Shown: positions 7,915 to 16,292 of the stretch, one piece after another
How the letters are laid out: each line of letters begins with the position of its first letter
How positions within the stretch are numbered: the stretch's first letter is position 1
DNA from: an uncultured Alphaproteobacteria bacterium
GTDB lineage: Bacteria; Pseudomonadota; Alphaproteobacteria; HIMB59; GCA-002718135
Direction: 5' to 3'
NCBI GenBank assembly: GCA_902618015.1
Contig: CACMYX010000001.1
Span: 252,028-316,027, forward strand
DNA: 64,000 nt
Made by a program: the position numbers and the translations under genes
Notes under the pieces: generated by a model
Seen by the model: the letters and a program-made list of their open reading frames with translations, nothing else
The model's database searches: none
What the model was told of the DNA's origin: nothing

Positions 7915-10461
7915 TTAAAGAAGTTTCTCTAAAACTGCAAAGGGAGAATTAGGATCTCTTTTGTTTTTATTTATCGATGTCTTTTTGTTTATTTTCTTAT
8001 CTCCATTTTTATTAGCTTTTTTTGATTTTTTTTTATAATTATTTAGAAAATATAATTTTTTTCCATCACTAATAGTTAAGTGATCATAGCCACAAAACAC
8101 CATTATGTTTTTTAGTTGATCGCTATTACATCCAATTGGATTCATCAGATCAGAGGACTCTAAAAAAGGTCCTTTTTTTAATTTTTGCCTTGCTAAAAAA
8201 AAAATTTTTTCGAATACATCTATTCTAAATACGAAATTTTTAATGTTAATGTATCCAATTGATTGCCAATAACTATCAGGCATTTTTAGCTCTGATGTGA
8301 ATGAAACTCTTCCATTTTGTGGTAGAGGAAGAAAATCATTTACTTCACTCTGGTAAAATGTTTTCCATAAAACAGCACATAACTCTAAGGGTTTTTTCTT
8401 CAATAAATTTGGAATAAAAAAATATTTTGCCCCAATTCTAATTCCTAATTTAGAAAGTTGTAGTTTACTTTCTTCCGTAATGGTCTTTATGGAAGATTTA
8501 AATATTTCAATTGGATAATTTCCAAAATTTTCTAGACAGTTATAAACAATAGCCCTTATATCTGAATTCAACTCTTCGACATTTTTATTAAGAGGGTGTA
8601 TTGTGTCGTTAATTTCATTATCTAACCATTTTTGTAGTTTTGCAGAAATTAGAAGCTTATTTTCTGATGATAAATATTCAGAATTTAAAGCTTCCGCTGT
8701 AGGTCTATATATTGATTTACCTTTTCTAAGCTTGCCGATAGGCTCATCTCCCCAATAAAGGAATGTTTCATCTTTTATTTTAGATTTACCAATATCGCCA
8801 AAACAAATTGAATCCAATGGCGCATTCAAAAAATTTTCTACTTTTTCATCGATCATTTTTCTTACAGTTTTTTTTATATTACTAATTGAAAAAAGAGAGT
8901 GTGAAAATAATTTTTTATCCTCAATTAGATCAAATCCTGTTATAATCCCATATCTCGAGTTTTCTAATAAGATTTCGTTATTATTTTCTATTAATATATC
9001 CGCAAAATCACTAATTTTTGGTTTTCTAATAAAATATTTAGATGAATAGTCTATGAATTTTTTTGTAAGACTATTATGTAATTGGTCTGATAGTTCGTTT
9101 TCTATTTGTTGTGTTTTTTCTTTCCAATAAAATGAGTTCTTGCACCAATTATGGTTATTTGTAATATAAGTCCAAGTCCTAATTTGTGAAATTTTGATTG
9201 AAAGCTCAGGTATCCCAGTTCCAAAACTATTTAGTCGGCTTACTTTTTTATATATCCAATCTTCTGGTATATTGTAATTATTATCAATTAAAGTAAGAAA
9301 AATATTCTTCAAAAGTAAAAGGTAATTATCATTAAACAGTTTTTCAAAATCTGGTATTTGGCAAATATTCCATAATAGATTTAAATTTTTTTTTGATATT
9401 AAATGTTTTCTTATTTCATTATCATTGATTAAATTACGTAAATTAGTCTCATCCAACGCATTCTTTTTGTGTATAAAAAAATTATTTATAGGGTATTTCT
9501 TTAATGATGATAATAATAGTTCAATTGAATTAAAGTCTAGATCACTACTTCTCCAGTAAATTTTTTGAATATCTTCGAATTGATGGTTTTCTATTTGTTG
9601 TATTACTATTGGATCTAAATTTCCAGCTTCCTTAGTATAACTAAAAGTTCCATCTTGTTTATATCTTCCTGCCCTACCTGCGATTTGGCCAATTTCATTT
9701 GGGGCTAAATTACGATTATATCTACCATCAAATTTTTCTAATGATGAAAAACTTACGTGATTAATATTAAGATTCAAACCCATTCCGATTGCATCAGTTG
9801 CCACAAGGTAATCAACATTTTGATTTTCATATACTTCAACTTGAGCATTTCTAGTCCTTGGGCTAAGAGAACCTAAAACTACGGCAGCTCCACCTTTATG
9901 AATTCTTATATTTTCTGCTATTTCATAAACTTTATTTATATTGAAGGCAATTATTGCAGATCTAGGTTCAAGCTTAGAAAAATTTTGTTTCCTAAGAAAT
10001 GTAAGTTGAGAAAATCTATTTTTTTTTTCAATTATAATATTTGGATAAATTTTTTTTAATATATTTTCTATATTTAACGATCCTAAAAAAATAGTTTGGA
10101 AATTCCCTTTTAAATTCAAAATTTTATCAGTAAAAATATGTCCTCTTTCATAATCAGCTGCTAATTGGACTTCATCAATTATTACACAATCTACTGAAAT
10201 GTTGTTGGGCATTGACTCCACAGTGCAAAAAAAATACCTTGCTTCCTTTGGATAAATTTTTTCTTCACCAGTAATTAATGCTACCTTACTAAGTCCAACT
10301 TTTCTTACTGCCTTATCATAATTCTCTCTAGCTAGTAATCTTAGAGGAAAACCGAAAATTCCAGAAGAATATGAGAATAGTTTTTCAAATGCCGTGTATG
10401 TTTTACCAGTGTTAGTAGGCCCAAGTATGGCTAATAAATTTTCATCCTCATTGAACATCAA
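7915..10461 (-). CDS. SUV3-like superfamily-2 ATP-dependent RNA helicase
   Basis: Walker A GPTNTGKT, DEVQ box, VATDAIGMGLNLNI and QIAGRAGR motifs match the mitochondrial SUV3 helicase pattern. Long C-terminal extension with a basic tail. Confidence 0.75.
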   Translation of the reverse strand: MMFNEDENLLAILGPTNTGKTYTAFEKLFSYSSGIFGFPLRLLARENYDKAVRKVGLSKVALITGEEKIYPKEARYFFCTVESMPNNISVDCVIIDEVQLAADYERGHIFTDKILNLKGNFQTIFLGSLNIENILKKIYPNIIIEKKNRFSQLTFLRKQNFSKLEPRSAIIAFNINKVYEIAENIRIHKGGAAVVLGSLSPRTRNAQVEVYENQNVDYLVATDAIGMGLNLNINHVSFSSLEKFDGRYNRNLAPNEIGQIAGRAGRYKQDGTFSYTKEAGNLDPIVIQQIENHQFEDIQKIYWRSSDLDFNSIELLLSSLKKYPINNFFIHKKNALDETNLRNLINDNEIRKHLISKKNLNLLWNICQIPDFEKLFNDNYLLLLKNIFLTLIDNNYNIPEDWIYKKVSRLNSFGTGIPELSIKISQIRTWTYITNNHNWCKNSFYWKEKTQQIENELSDQLHNSLTKKFIDYSSKYFIRKPKISDFADILIENNNEILLENSRYGIITGFDLIEDKKLFSHSLFSISNIKKTVRKMIDEKVENFLNAPLDSICFGDIGKSKIKDETFLYWGDEPIGKLRKGKSIYRPTAEALNSEYLSSENKLLISAKLQKWLDNEINDTIHPLNKNVEELNSDIRAIVYNCLENFGNYPIEIFKSSIKTITEESKLQLSKLGIRIGAKYFFIPNLLKKKPLELCAVLWKTFYQSEVNDFLPLPQNGRVSFTSELKMPDSYWQSIGYINIKNFVFRIDVFEKIFFLARQKLKKGPFLESSDLMNPIGCNSDQLKNIMVFCGYDHLTISDGKKLYFLNNYKKKSKKANKNGDKKINKKTSINKNKRDPNSPFAVLEKLL

Positions 10462-10462
10462 G

Positions 10463-13105
10463 TTATGCTGCTTCTGAGATTATTTCATTTAATACGTAGT
10501 TTAAAATTCCTCCAGCTTTATAATATTCAAGTTCTTTATTGGTATCAATTCTACATTTTAAGTTTATGCTTCTACTTTCTCCAGAATTTATTTCACAGTT
10601 AAGTATTTTTCCAGGTTTTAATTCTGAAAACCCAGAAATAGATATTTGTTCATTACCTTTAATATTAAGATTTATTTTGTTTTCATTATTAATAAATTCA
10701 AGAGGCAAGACGCCCATTCCAATTAAATTAGACCTATGAATTCTCTCAAAACTTTCTGCAATTACTGCTCTAACACCTAAAAGCCTTGTTCCTTTTGCTG
10801 CCCAATCTCTAGAAGAACCTGTTCCATATTCTTTTCCAGCTATTATTACTGTATCAATATTATTTTTTAAATACTCTTGAGCTGCATCATAAATAGGCAT
10901 TTTTTTATTTGAGTGGAAAGATTTTGTATACCCACCTTCAATATTATCTAAAATTAAGTTCCTAATTCTTATGTTGGCAAACGTACCTCTCATCATAATT
11001 TCATGATTACCTCTTCTCGATCCATAGGAATTGAAATTACTAGAATTAATTTGTCTGTTAGTTAAATATAAACCTGCAGGACTATCTTCTTTAATATTTC
11101 CAGCAGGTGAAATATGATCAGTTGTAACGCTATCTCCTAATAATGCTAATATTCTTGCATTTTTTATATCTTTTAGTTCAAATTTATTTTTTGTATCAAA
11201 AAAAGGCGGATGCTTTATATAAGTACTAGTATCATTCCAATTATAAGTTGTATCTTTAGAATTGTTAATTGATTTCCAGTTATCATCTCCTTTGTAAATT
11301 TCTTTATATCTTTCTTTAAACATCTGTGGAGTTAAACACATACTAAGTACTTGATTTATTTCTTTATTTGATGGCCATATATCTTTCAAAAATATTTTTT
11401 TTCCAGACTTAGATTTACCAATGGGTTCAGTTGTAAGATTAACATTAATATTTCCTGCAATAGCATAAGCAACAACAAGAGGAGGTGAAGCAAGAAAATT
11501 AGCTTTTACTTCTTGATGAACTCTGCCTTCAAAGTTTCTATTTCCAGATAAAACAGAACAAACTGTTAAATTATTTTTTTCAACTTCATTAGACACCCAT
11601 TCATCTAATGGACCAGAATTACCAATACAAGTAGTACATCCATAGCCAACGGTATTGAAACCTAAAATATCAAGATATTCAGTTAATCCAGCTTTATCAA
11701 GATAATCACTAACAACCTTACTACCTGGAGCTAAACTTGTCTTCACCCAAGGCTTAACCTCTAAGCCAAAATCAATTGCCTTTTTAGCAATTAGCCCTGC
11801 TGCAATCATAACATTCGGATTAGATGTATTTGTACAACTGGTAATTGCTGCTATTACAATATCACCTGAATTTAATTTATTTTTATTTGAAATTTTTTTG
11901 TTGTCTATCTTGCTAAACTCATTTGGGACTTCCTTCAAAAGAATTTTATCTTGAGGTCTTTTTGGGCCAGCAACCGTAGGTTCGACTGTATCTAAATCTA
12001 ATAATATATTGTCAGAAAAATTAGGTGCGTAATTTTCATCTGCCCAAAGAGTTTGTTTTTTCGAATATTTTTCAACAATATTAAGGTGCTCGCTTTCTTT
12101 ACCAGTTAATTTAAGATAGTTTATAGTTTCATCATCTGTTGGAAAAAATCCACAAGTTGCTCCATACTCTGGAGCCATATTAGAAATTGTTGCTCTATCA
12201 GCTAGCGATAAATGTTTTAGACCTTTTCCGTAAAATTCTACAAACTTGCCCACAACACCTTTGTCTCTGAGAACTTTAGTAATCGATAATACTAGATCAG
12301 TTGCTGTAATCCCTTCCTTAAGTGACCCTTTAAGTTCAAAACCAATAACTTCTGGAATATTCATTGAAATTGCTTGACCTAACATAGCTGCTTCAGCTTC
12401 TATTCCTCCAACCCCCCATCCTAAAACAGAAAGAGAGTTAACCATTGTTGTGTGACTATCTGTTCCTACTACTGAGTCTGGGAATAAATAGTTTTGATTA
12501 TCAATTTTCTTCAGCCATACAGTCTTAGCTATGTTTTCTAAATTTACTTGATGACAAATTCCTGCTCCTGGAGGGACAAGATAGAAGTTATCAAATGAAC
12601 TTTGTCCCCATTTCAGAAATTCATATCTTTCTTTATTTCTCTCAAATTCCTTTCTTACATTTTCTTTTAAGGCGTTATTATCTCTATAATTATCTACCAT
12701 AACAGAGTGATCAATGACTAGGTCAACCCTGGATAATGGGTTTATTTTTTTTGGTTCTATACCTTGTGATTTTAATGCATTTCGCATTGCAGCGAGGTCG
12801 GCAACAGCAGGCACTCCAGTAAAATCTTGCATTAGAACACGTGTTGGGAAAAAAGCTATTTCAATTTTTTCTGCACTTTTGTTAATTTGATTCAAAGAAG
12901 AGAAAATTCTAGAAATCATATCTTTAGTAACATTCTCTCCATCTTCATTTCTAAGAAGATTTTCAATTATTATTTTAATTGAAATTGGAGTTTTACTAAT
13001 ATCGACACTTAGATACTCAGCCGCCTTATTTAAATCAAAATATTTGAATTTTTTATCATTTATTTCAATTATATCTGCCGAATTAAAAGAATTTTTATTT
13101 TTCAT
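10463..13105 (-). CDS. acnA: aconitate hydratase A
   Basis: 880 aa. Fe-S ligand contexts TSCTNTSNP and GCTTCIGNSG, and the swivel-domain GKEYGTGSSRDWAAKG motif. Confidence 0.95.
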   Translation of the reverse strand: MKNKNSFNSADIIEINDKKFKYFDLNKAAEYLSVDISKTPISIKIIIENLLRNEDGENVTKDMISRIFSSLNQINKSAEKIEIAFFPTRVLMQDFTGVPAVADLAAMRNALKSQGIEPKKINPLSRVDLVIDHSVMVDNYRDNNALKENVRKEFERNKERYEFLKWGQSSFDNFYLVPPGAGICHQVNLENIAKTVWLKKIDNQNYLFPDSVVGTDSHTTMVNSLSVLGWGVGGIEAEAAMLGQAISMNIPEVIGFELKGSLKEGITATDLVLSITKVLRDKGVVGKFVEFYGKGLKHLSLADRATISNMAPEYGATCGFFPTDDETINYLKLTGKESEHLNIVEKYSKKQTLWADENYAPNFSDNILLDLDTVEPTVAGPKRPQDKILLKEVPNEFSKIDNKKISNKNKLNSGDIVIAAITSCTNTSNPNVMIAAGLIAKKAIDFGLEVKPWVKTSLAPGSKVVSDYLDKAGLTEYLDILGFNTVGYGCTTCIGNSGPLDEWVSNEVEKNNLTVCSVLSGNRNFEGRVHQEVKANFLASPPLVVAYAIAGNINVNLTTEPIGKSKSGKKIFLKDIWPSNKEINQVLSMCLTPQMFKERYKEIYKGDDNWKSINNSKDTTYNWNDTSTYIKHPPFFDTKNKFELKDIKNARILALLGDSVTTDHISPAGNIKEDSPAGLYLTNRQINSSNFNSYGSRRGNHEIMMRGTFANIRIRNLILDNIEGGYTKSFHSNKKMPIYDAAQEYLKNNIDTVIIAGKEYGTGSSRDWAAKGTRLLGVRAVIAESFERIHRSNLIGMGVLPLEFINNENKINLNIKGNEQISISGFSELKPGKILNCEINSGESRSINLKCRIDTNKELEYYKAGGILNYVLNEIISEAA

Positions 13106-13292
13106 GGTAAAATTGATAAATAATTATAACTAATAAATAGTATGAAGATAAATTTTTGTATAGCAAAATGTTTATTTATTATAAGTTTTCTGCGAAAAAA
13201 TAAAAAGTTAAGTTAATATTTTATATATTAAGTTTTTTAAAAAGTTTTAAATTAAACATAAATCAAATTAATTTTAAAATATTGGTATATTG

Positions 13293-13323
13293 TTGACTTT
13301 AAGCGTAAGTTTTGGGAATAAAT
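13293..13323 (+). promoter_or_regulatory. candidate sigma-70 promoter for the Lys/Ala-repeat gene
   Basis: TTGACT at 13293-13298, about 18 nt spacer, then an A/T hexamer (AATAAA). This would give a ~70 nt leader containing the hairpins ATCAC-tta-GTGAT (13342-13354) and GGAGG-gaggtt-CCTCC (13358-13373). Confidence 0.3.
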
Positions 13324-13400
13324 GATCAGCCTTTTATAATTATCACTTAGTGATGATGGAGGGAGGTTCCTCCGGGGTAACAAAATACAAGGAGTATTTT

Positions 13401-13577
13401 ATGGCTAAGAAGAAAAAGAAAGCTGCTCCAAAGAAAAAGAAAAAAGCAGCTACTAAGAAAAAGAAAAAAGCAGCTCCTAAAAAGAAAAAGAAAAAAGCTG
13501 CTCCTAAGAAAAAGAAAAAAGCAGCTCCTAAAAAGAAAAAGAAAAAAGCTGCTAAGAAGAAGAAGAAAAGAAGATAG
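13401..13577 (+). CDS. Lys/Ala-rich repeat protein, histone H1-like / AlgP-like nucleoid-associated candidate
   Basis: ATG at 13401 sits 6 nt after AAGGAG (13389-13394). The 58 aa product is MAKKKKKAAPKKKKKAATKKKKKAAP.. made of KKKKK(K)AA(P/T) units. The track ORF start at 13350 lacks an RBS. Confidence 0.75.
   Translation: MAKKKKKAAPKKKKKAATKKKKKAAPKKKKKKAAPKKKKKAAPKKKKKKAAKKKKKRR
13404..13570 (+). repeat. in-frame 24/27-nt tandem repeat (aagaaaaagaaaaaagc[at]gctcct)
   Basis: Seven imperfect units are directly visible. They encode the KKKKKAAP repeats. Confidence 0.85.
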
Positions 13578-13595
13578 TAATACTTCGATTTTTCA

Positions 13596-13671
13596 AGAAA
13601 ACTTTAAATTAAAGTTTTCTTTTTCTTATCTTTTTCAAAAAGATAAAACGGGGTTCTGCCCCGTTTTTTTT
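13596..13671 (+). terminator. three consecutive hairpins, the last a canonical intrinsic terminator
   Basis: 13596-13620 is AGAAAACTTTA-aat-TAAAGTTTTCT. 13626-13646 is the palindrome TTATCTTTTT/AAAAAGATAA. 13645-13671 is AAAACGGGG-ttctg-CCCCGTTTT followed by a T-run. Confidence 0.7.
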
Positions 13672-13706
13672 ATTGTTTTAAATCAAAAAGTAATTAGATC
13701 TAAAGA

Positions 13707-14312
13707 ATGATACTCGTCAAAGATTTATCTATAGAAAGATCAGATAAAAAAATATTTGAGAATATTAATCTATCTCTTGGATCTGGAAAAATAATTCTAT
13801 TAAAAGGTAAAAATGGTTCTGGAAAAACTACATTGTTAAAAGCAATACTTAACTTAATAGAACCCTCCTCTGGTGCTATATACTGGAAAGGAAAATTATT
13901 AAAAAAACATTTATATGATTTTTTTAATCATGTTACATTTATTGCTGATAAAACATCAAGTTTAAGCAAATTATCAGTTCATGAAAATATTAATATTTGG
14001 AAAAAAATCTTTTCATCAAAAATTAGCAATTCTCAGATTGAGAATATTTTACAAACTTTAAAATTAGATACTTTTGTAAATCAAAAAGTTAATTCATTAT
14101 CATTTGGGGAAACAAAGAAATTAGAGTTATTAAGATTAATTATAGAGAACAAAAAAATTTGGATTTTAGACGAACCACTTTCTAACTTAGATGATGAAAC
14201 AATTGATGTAATAGGGCAGACTTTTGAAGATCATCGCTCTAAGGAAGGTTCTATAATATATAGCTCTCATCAAGAATCAGAAATCAATGTATCAGAAGAA
14301 GTTATACTATAA
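13707..14312 (+). CDS. ccmA: heme exporter ATP-binding protein CcmA
   Basis: ABC ATPase (GKNGSGKTT Walker A, LSFGETKKL signature, ILDEP Walker B). First gene of the ccm cluster. Confidence 0.88.
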   Translation: MILVKDLSIERSDKKIFENINLSLGSGKIILLKGKNGSGKTTLLKAILNLIEPSSGAIYWKGKLLKKHLYDFFNHVTFIADKTSSLSKLSVHENINIWKKIFSSKISNSQIENILQTLKLDTFVNQKVNSLSFGETKKLELLRLIIENKKIWILDEPLSNLDDETIDVIGQTFEDHRSKEGSIIYSSHQESEINVSEEVIL

Positions 14313-14317
14313 ATAAA

Positions 14318-14989
14318 ATGATAATTTTAAATAAAATAATTTCATTTTATTACAGAGAGTACAAATTAAATTTAAGTGGCTTTCAGGATATTTTAACAAA
14401 TATCATTTTTTTCTTTGTATCAATATTTATATTTATTTTTTCTATTGGGCCAGATAAGGAAAAAATTTCAGTTTTAGGAGTAGGAATTGTTTGGACATTA
14501 TTATTATTAAGTTCAACTTTATCTTTAAGGAAATTTTATCAAGATGATTTTGATAATGGTAATTTGTTGATTATGCATTTAAATGGCTTTAGTTTTGGTT
14601 TTATAGCTATTTTAAAAACTTTTTCTCATTTTTTATTTGTTCAAGTACCATTTTTGATATCTATACCGATAGCATGTGTCTTGTTAAATATTTCAAATGA
14701 TAAGCTTATCTACCTGTTTTTCAGTTTTGTAGTAGGGTCTTTTATTTTATCATGTCTAGGTTCAATTTCATCTTCAATGAACCTAATGAATCAAAGAAAT
14801 TTTCTGCTAGGCAGTGTCATAGTTATGATATTTAGTGTTCCAATAATTATTTTTTCTATTGGTATTATTAATATGGAAGAAAATTTTAATTCTCTTATAA
14901 GTATATTATTTGGAATACTTTTAATAGTTTTTGCTATAAATCCTTGGGCAAGTGGTTTGTGTCTTAAACTTTCAATAGAAAATAATTGA
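14318..14989 (+). CDS. ccmB: heme exporter membrane protein CcmB
   Basis: 223 aa polytopic membrane protein between ccmA and ccmC. Confidence 0.85.
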   Translation: MIILNKIISFYYREYKLNLSGFQDILTNIIFFFVSIFIFIFSIGPDKEKISVLGVGIVWTLLLLSSTLSLRKFYQDDFDNGNLLIMHLNGFSFGFIAILKTFSHFLFVQVPFLISIPIACVLLNISNDKLIYLFFSFVVGSFILSCLGSISSSMNLMNQRNFLLGSVIVMIFSVPIIIFSIGIINMEENFNSLISILFGILLIVFAINPWASGLCLKLSIENN

Positions 14990-14990
14990 T

Positions 14991-15689
14991 ATGAAGTTTT
15001 TAATTAATCCAAGTAAATTTAATGAGATAGCTGATTATATATTTAAACCAGTACTGATTTTATCAATGCTATTGTTTGCATTAGGATTATTGTTTTCTTT
15101 TTATCTTTCACCAAATGATTATCAACAAGGATCAACGGTAAGAATAATGTACGTACATGTCCCAAGCGCATGGTTAGCTCTATTAACTTTTGCTATAATG
15201 ACTCTTTATAGTATTATAGCACTTGCTTTTAGAATACCTTTTGGTTTTATTTTTAATACTGCAGTTGCTCCAATAGGGGCAGTCTTTACCTTAATATGTA
15301 TAATAAGTGGTTCTTTATGGGGAAAACCAATGTGGGGTACTTGGTGGGTATGGGATGCGCGTTTAACTTCTGTTGCAATTCTTTTTATTATTTATTTAAT
15401 TATAATTTTTATGAATTTGTCTTTTGAAAATAGGATTGTAAGAGAAAAAGTTGTTGCAATATTTATCCTTGTTGGGTCAGTAAACCTACCAATAGTTAAA
15501 TTTTCTGTAGATTGGTGGAATACACTACATCAACCAGCAACAATAAGTAAATTATCAAAACCTAGTATCGATCCTTCAATGATGACACCTTTAATTATTA
15601 TGACATTTGCATTTATGATGATTGGAATAGCAATAGCCATTTTAAGAATAAAAACAGAGATAATTTCAAGAAAATCTAATTTAAGTTAA
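14991..15689 (+). CDS. ccmC: heme exporter / heme lyase component CcmC
   Basis: WWD motif WGTWWVWDARLT and flanking histidines. Confidence 0.9.
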   Translation: MKFLINPSKFNEIADYIFKPVLILSMLLFALGLLFSFYLSPNDYQQGSTVRIMYVHVPSAWLALLTFAIMTLYSIIALAFRIPFGFIFNTAVAPIGAVFTLICIISGSLWGKPMWGTWWVWDARLTSVAILFIIYLIIIFMNLSFENRIVREKVVAIFILVGSVNLPIVKFSVDWWNTLHQPATISKLSKPSIDPSMMTPLIIMTFAFMMIGIAIAILRIKTEIISRKSNLS

Positions 15690-15750
15690 TTTGTGACTTT
15701 TAGTCCATTGGATTAAGTATCATTCCTAAGTATTTTTGTTATTAGAAACT

Positions 15751-15855
15751 ATGTATTTTTGGTATATTTTAGGATCTTATATCACTGCCTTTCTTTTAAT
15801 TTTTTTGTTATTATTTTTTAGTTACTTAAAACTTAGAAGAATAAGAAATAAATGA
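15751..15855 (+). CDS. ccmD: heme exporter protein CcmD (34 aa, below ORF-track cutoff)
   Basis: Own translation gives MYFWYILGSYITAFLLIFLLLFFSYLKLRRIRNK, one TM helix plus a basic tail. It lies in the ccmC-ccmE gap, and its TGA overlaps the ccmE ATG (ATGA). Confidence 0.7.
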   Translation: MYFWYILGSYITAFLLIFLLLFFSYLKLRRIRNK

Positions 15856-16292
15856 GCCTACGATTTCAAAGATTGCTATTTATATTACTTACTTTGGTAA
15901 TTATACTAAGTGCAGTCTTGCTTATTTTGTATAATACAAGAGAAAATGTGTCGTATTTTTATACACCATCTGAAATTAATAAATCAGAAATCATAATAGA
16001 TAAAATAATAAGAATAGGCGGTTTTGTAGAAAATAATAGTTTTAATAAAATTTCTTCAAGTTCATTTAAATTTAAAATTACTGATGAAAAAGCATCTATA
16101 CTTGTTACTTTCAAAGGTATTCTTCCTGATCTATTTAGAGAAGGGCAAGGTGCAGTGATAGAGGGTGCTTTTGTTAATAAAAATATATTTAATGCAACCA
16201 ATGTTTTTGCAAAACATGATGAAAATTATATGCCAGCATCAATAAAAGAGGATCTGAAAGATACAGGTTATTGGAATAAAAAATATAAATGA
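15852..16292 (+). CDS. ccmE: cytochrome c-type biogenesis heme chaperone CcmE
   Basis: N-terminal anchor plus OB fold. Heme-binding motif AKHDENYMP. Confidence 0.9.
   Translation: MSLRFQRLLFILLTLVIILSAVLLILYNTRENVSYFYTPSEINKSEIIIDKIIRIGGFVENNSFNKISSSSFKFKITDEKASILVTFKGILPDLFREGQGAVIEGAFVNKNIFNATNVFAKHDENYMPASIKEDLKDTGYWNKKYK

Noticed and set aside
13350-13400. Upstream extension MMMEGGSSGVTKYKEYF of the Lys-rich ORF
   Set aside because: It has no RBS, while the internal ATG at 13401 sits 6 nt after AAGGAG. The extension overlaps the GC-rich leader hairpin, so it more likely belongs to the 5' UTR.
13404-13570. Tandem repeat as a CRISPR array or non-coding satellite
   Set aside because: The units are contiguous with no spacers and only 24/27 nt long, always a multiple of three. 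They lie within an ORF that has an RBS and a terminator, so this is a coding repeat.
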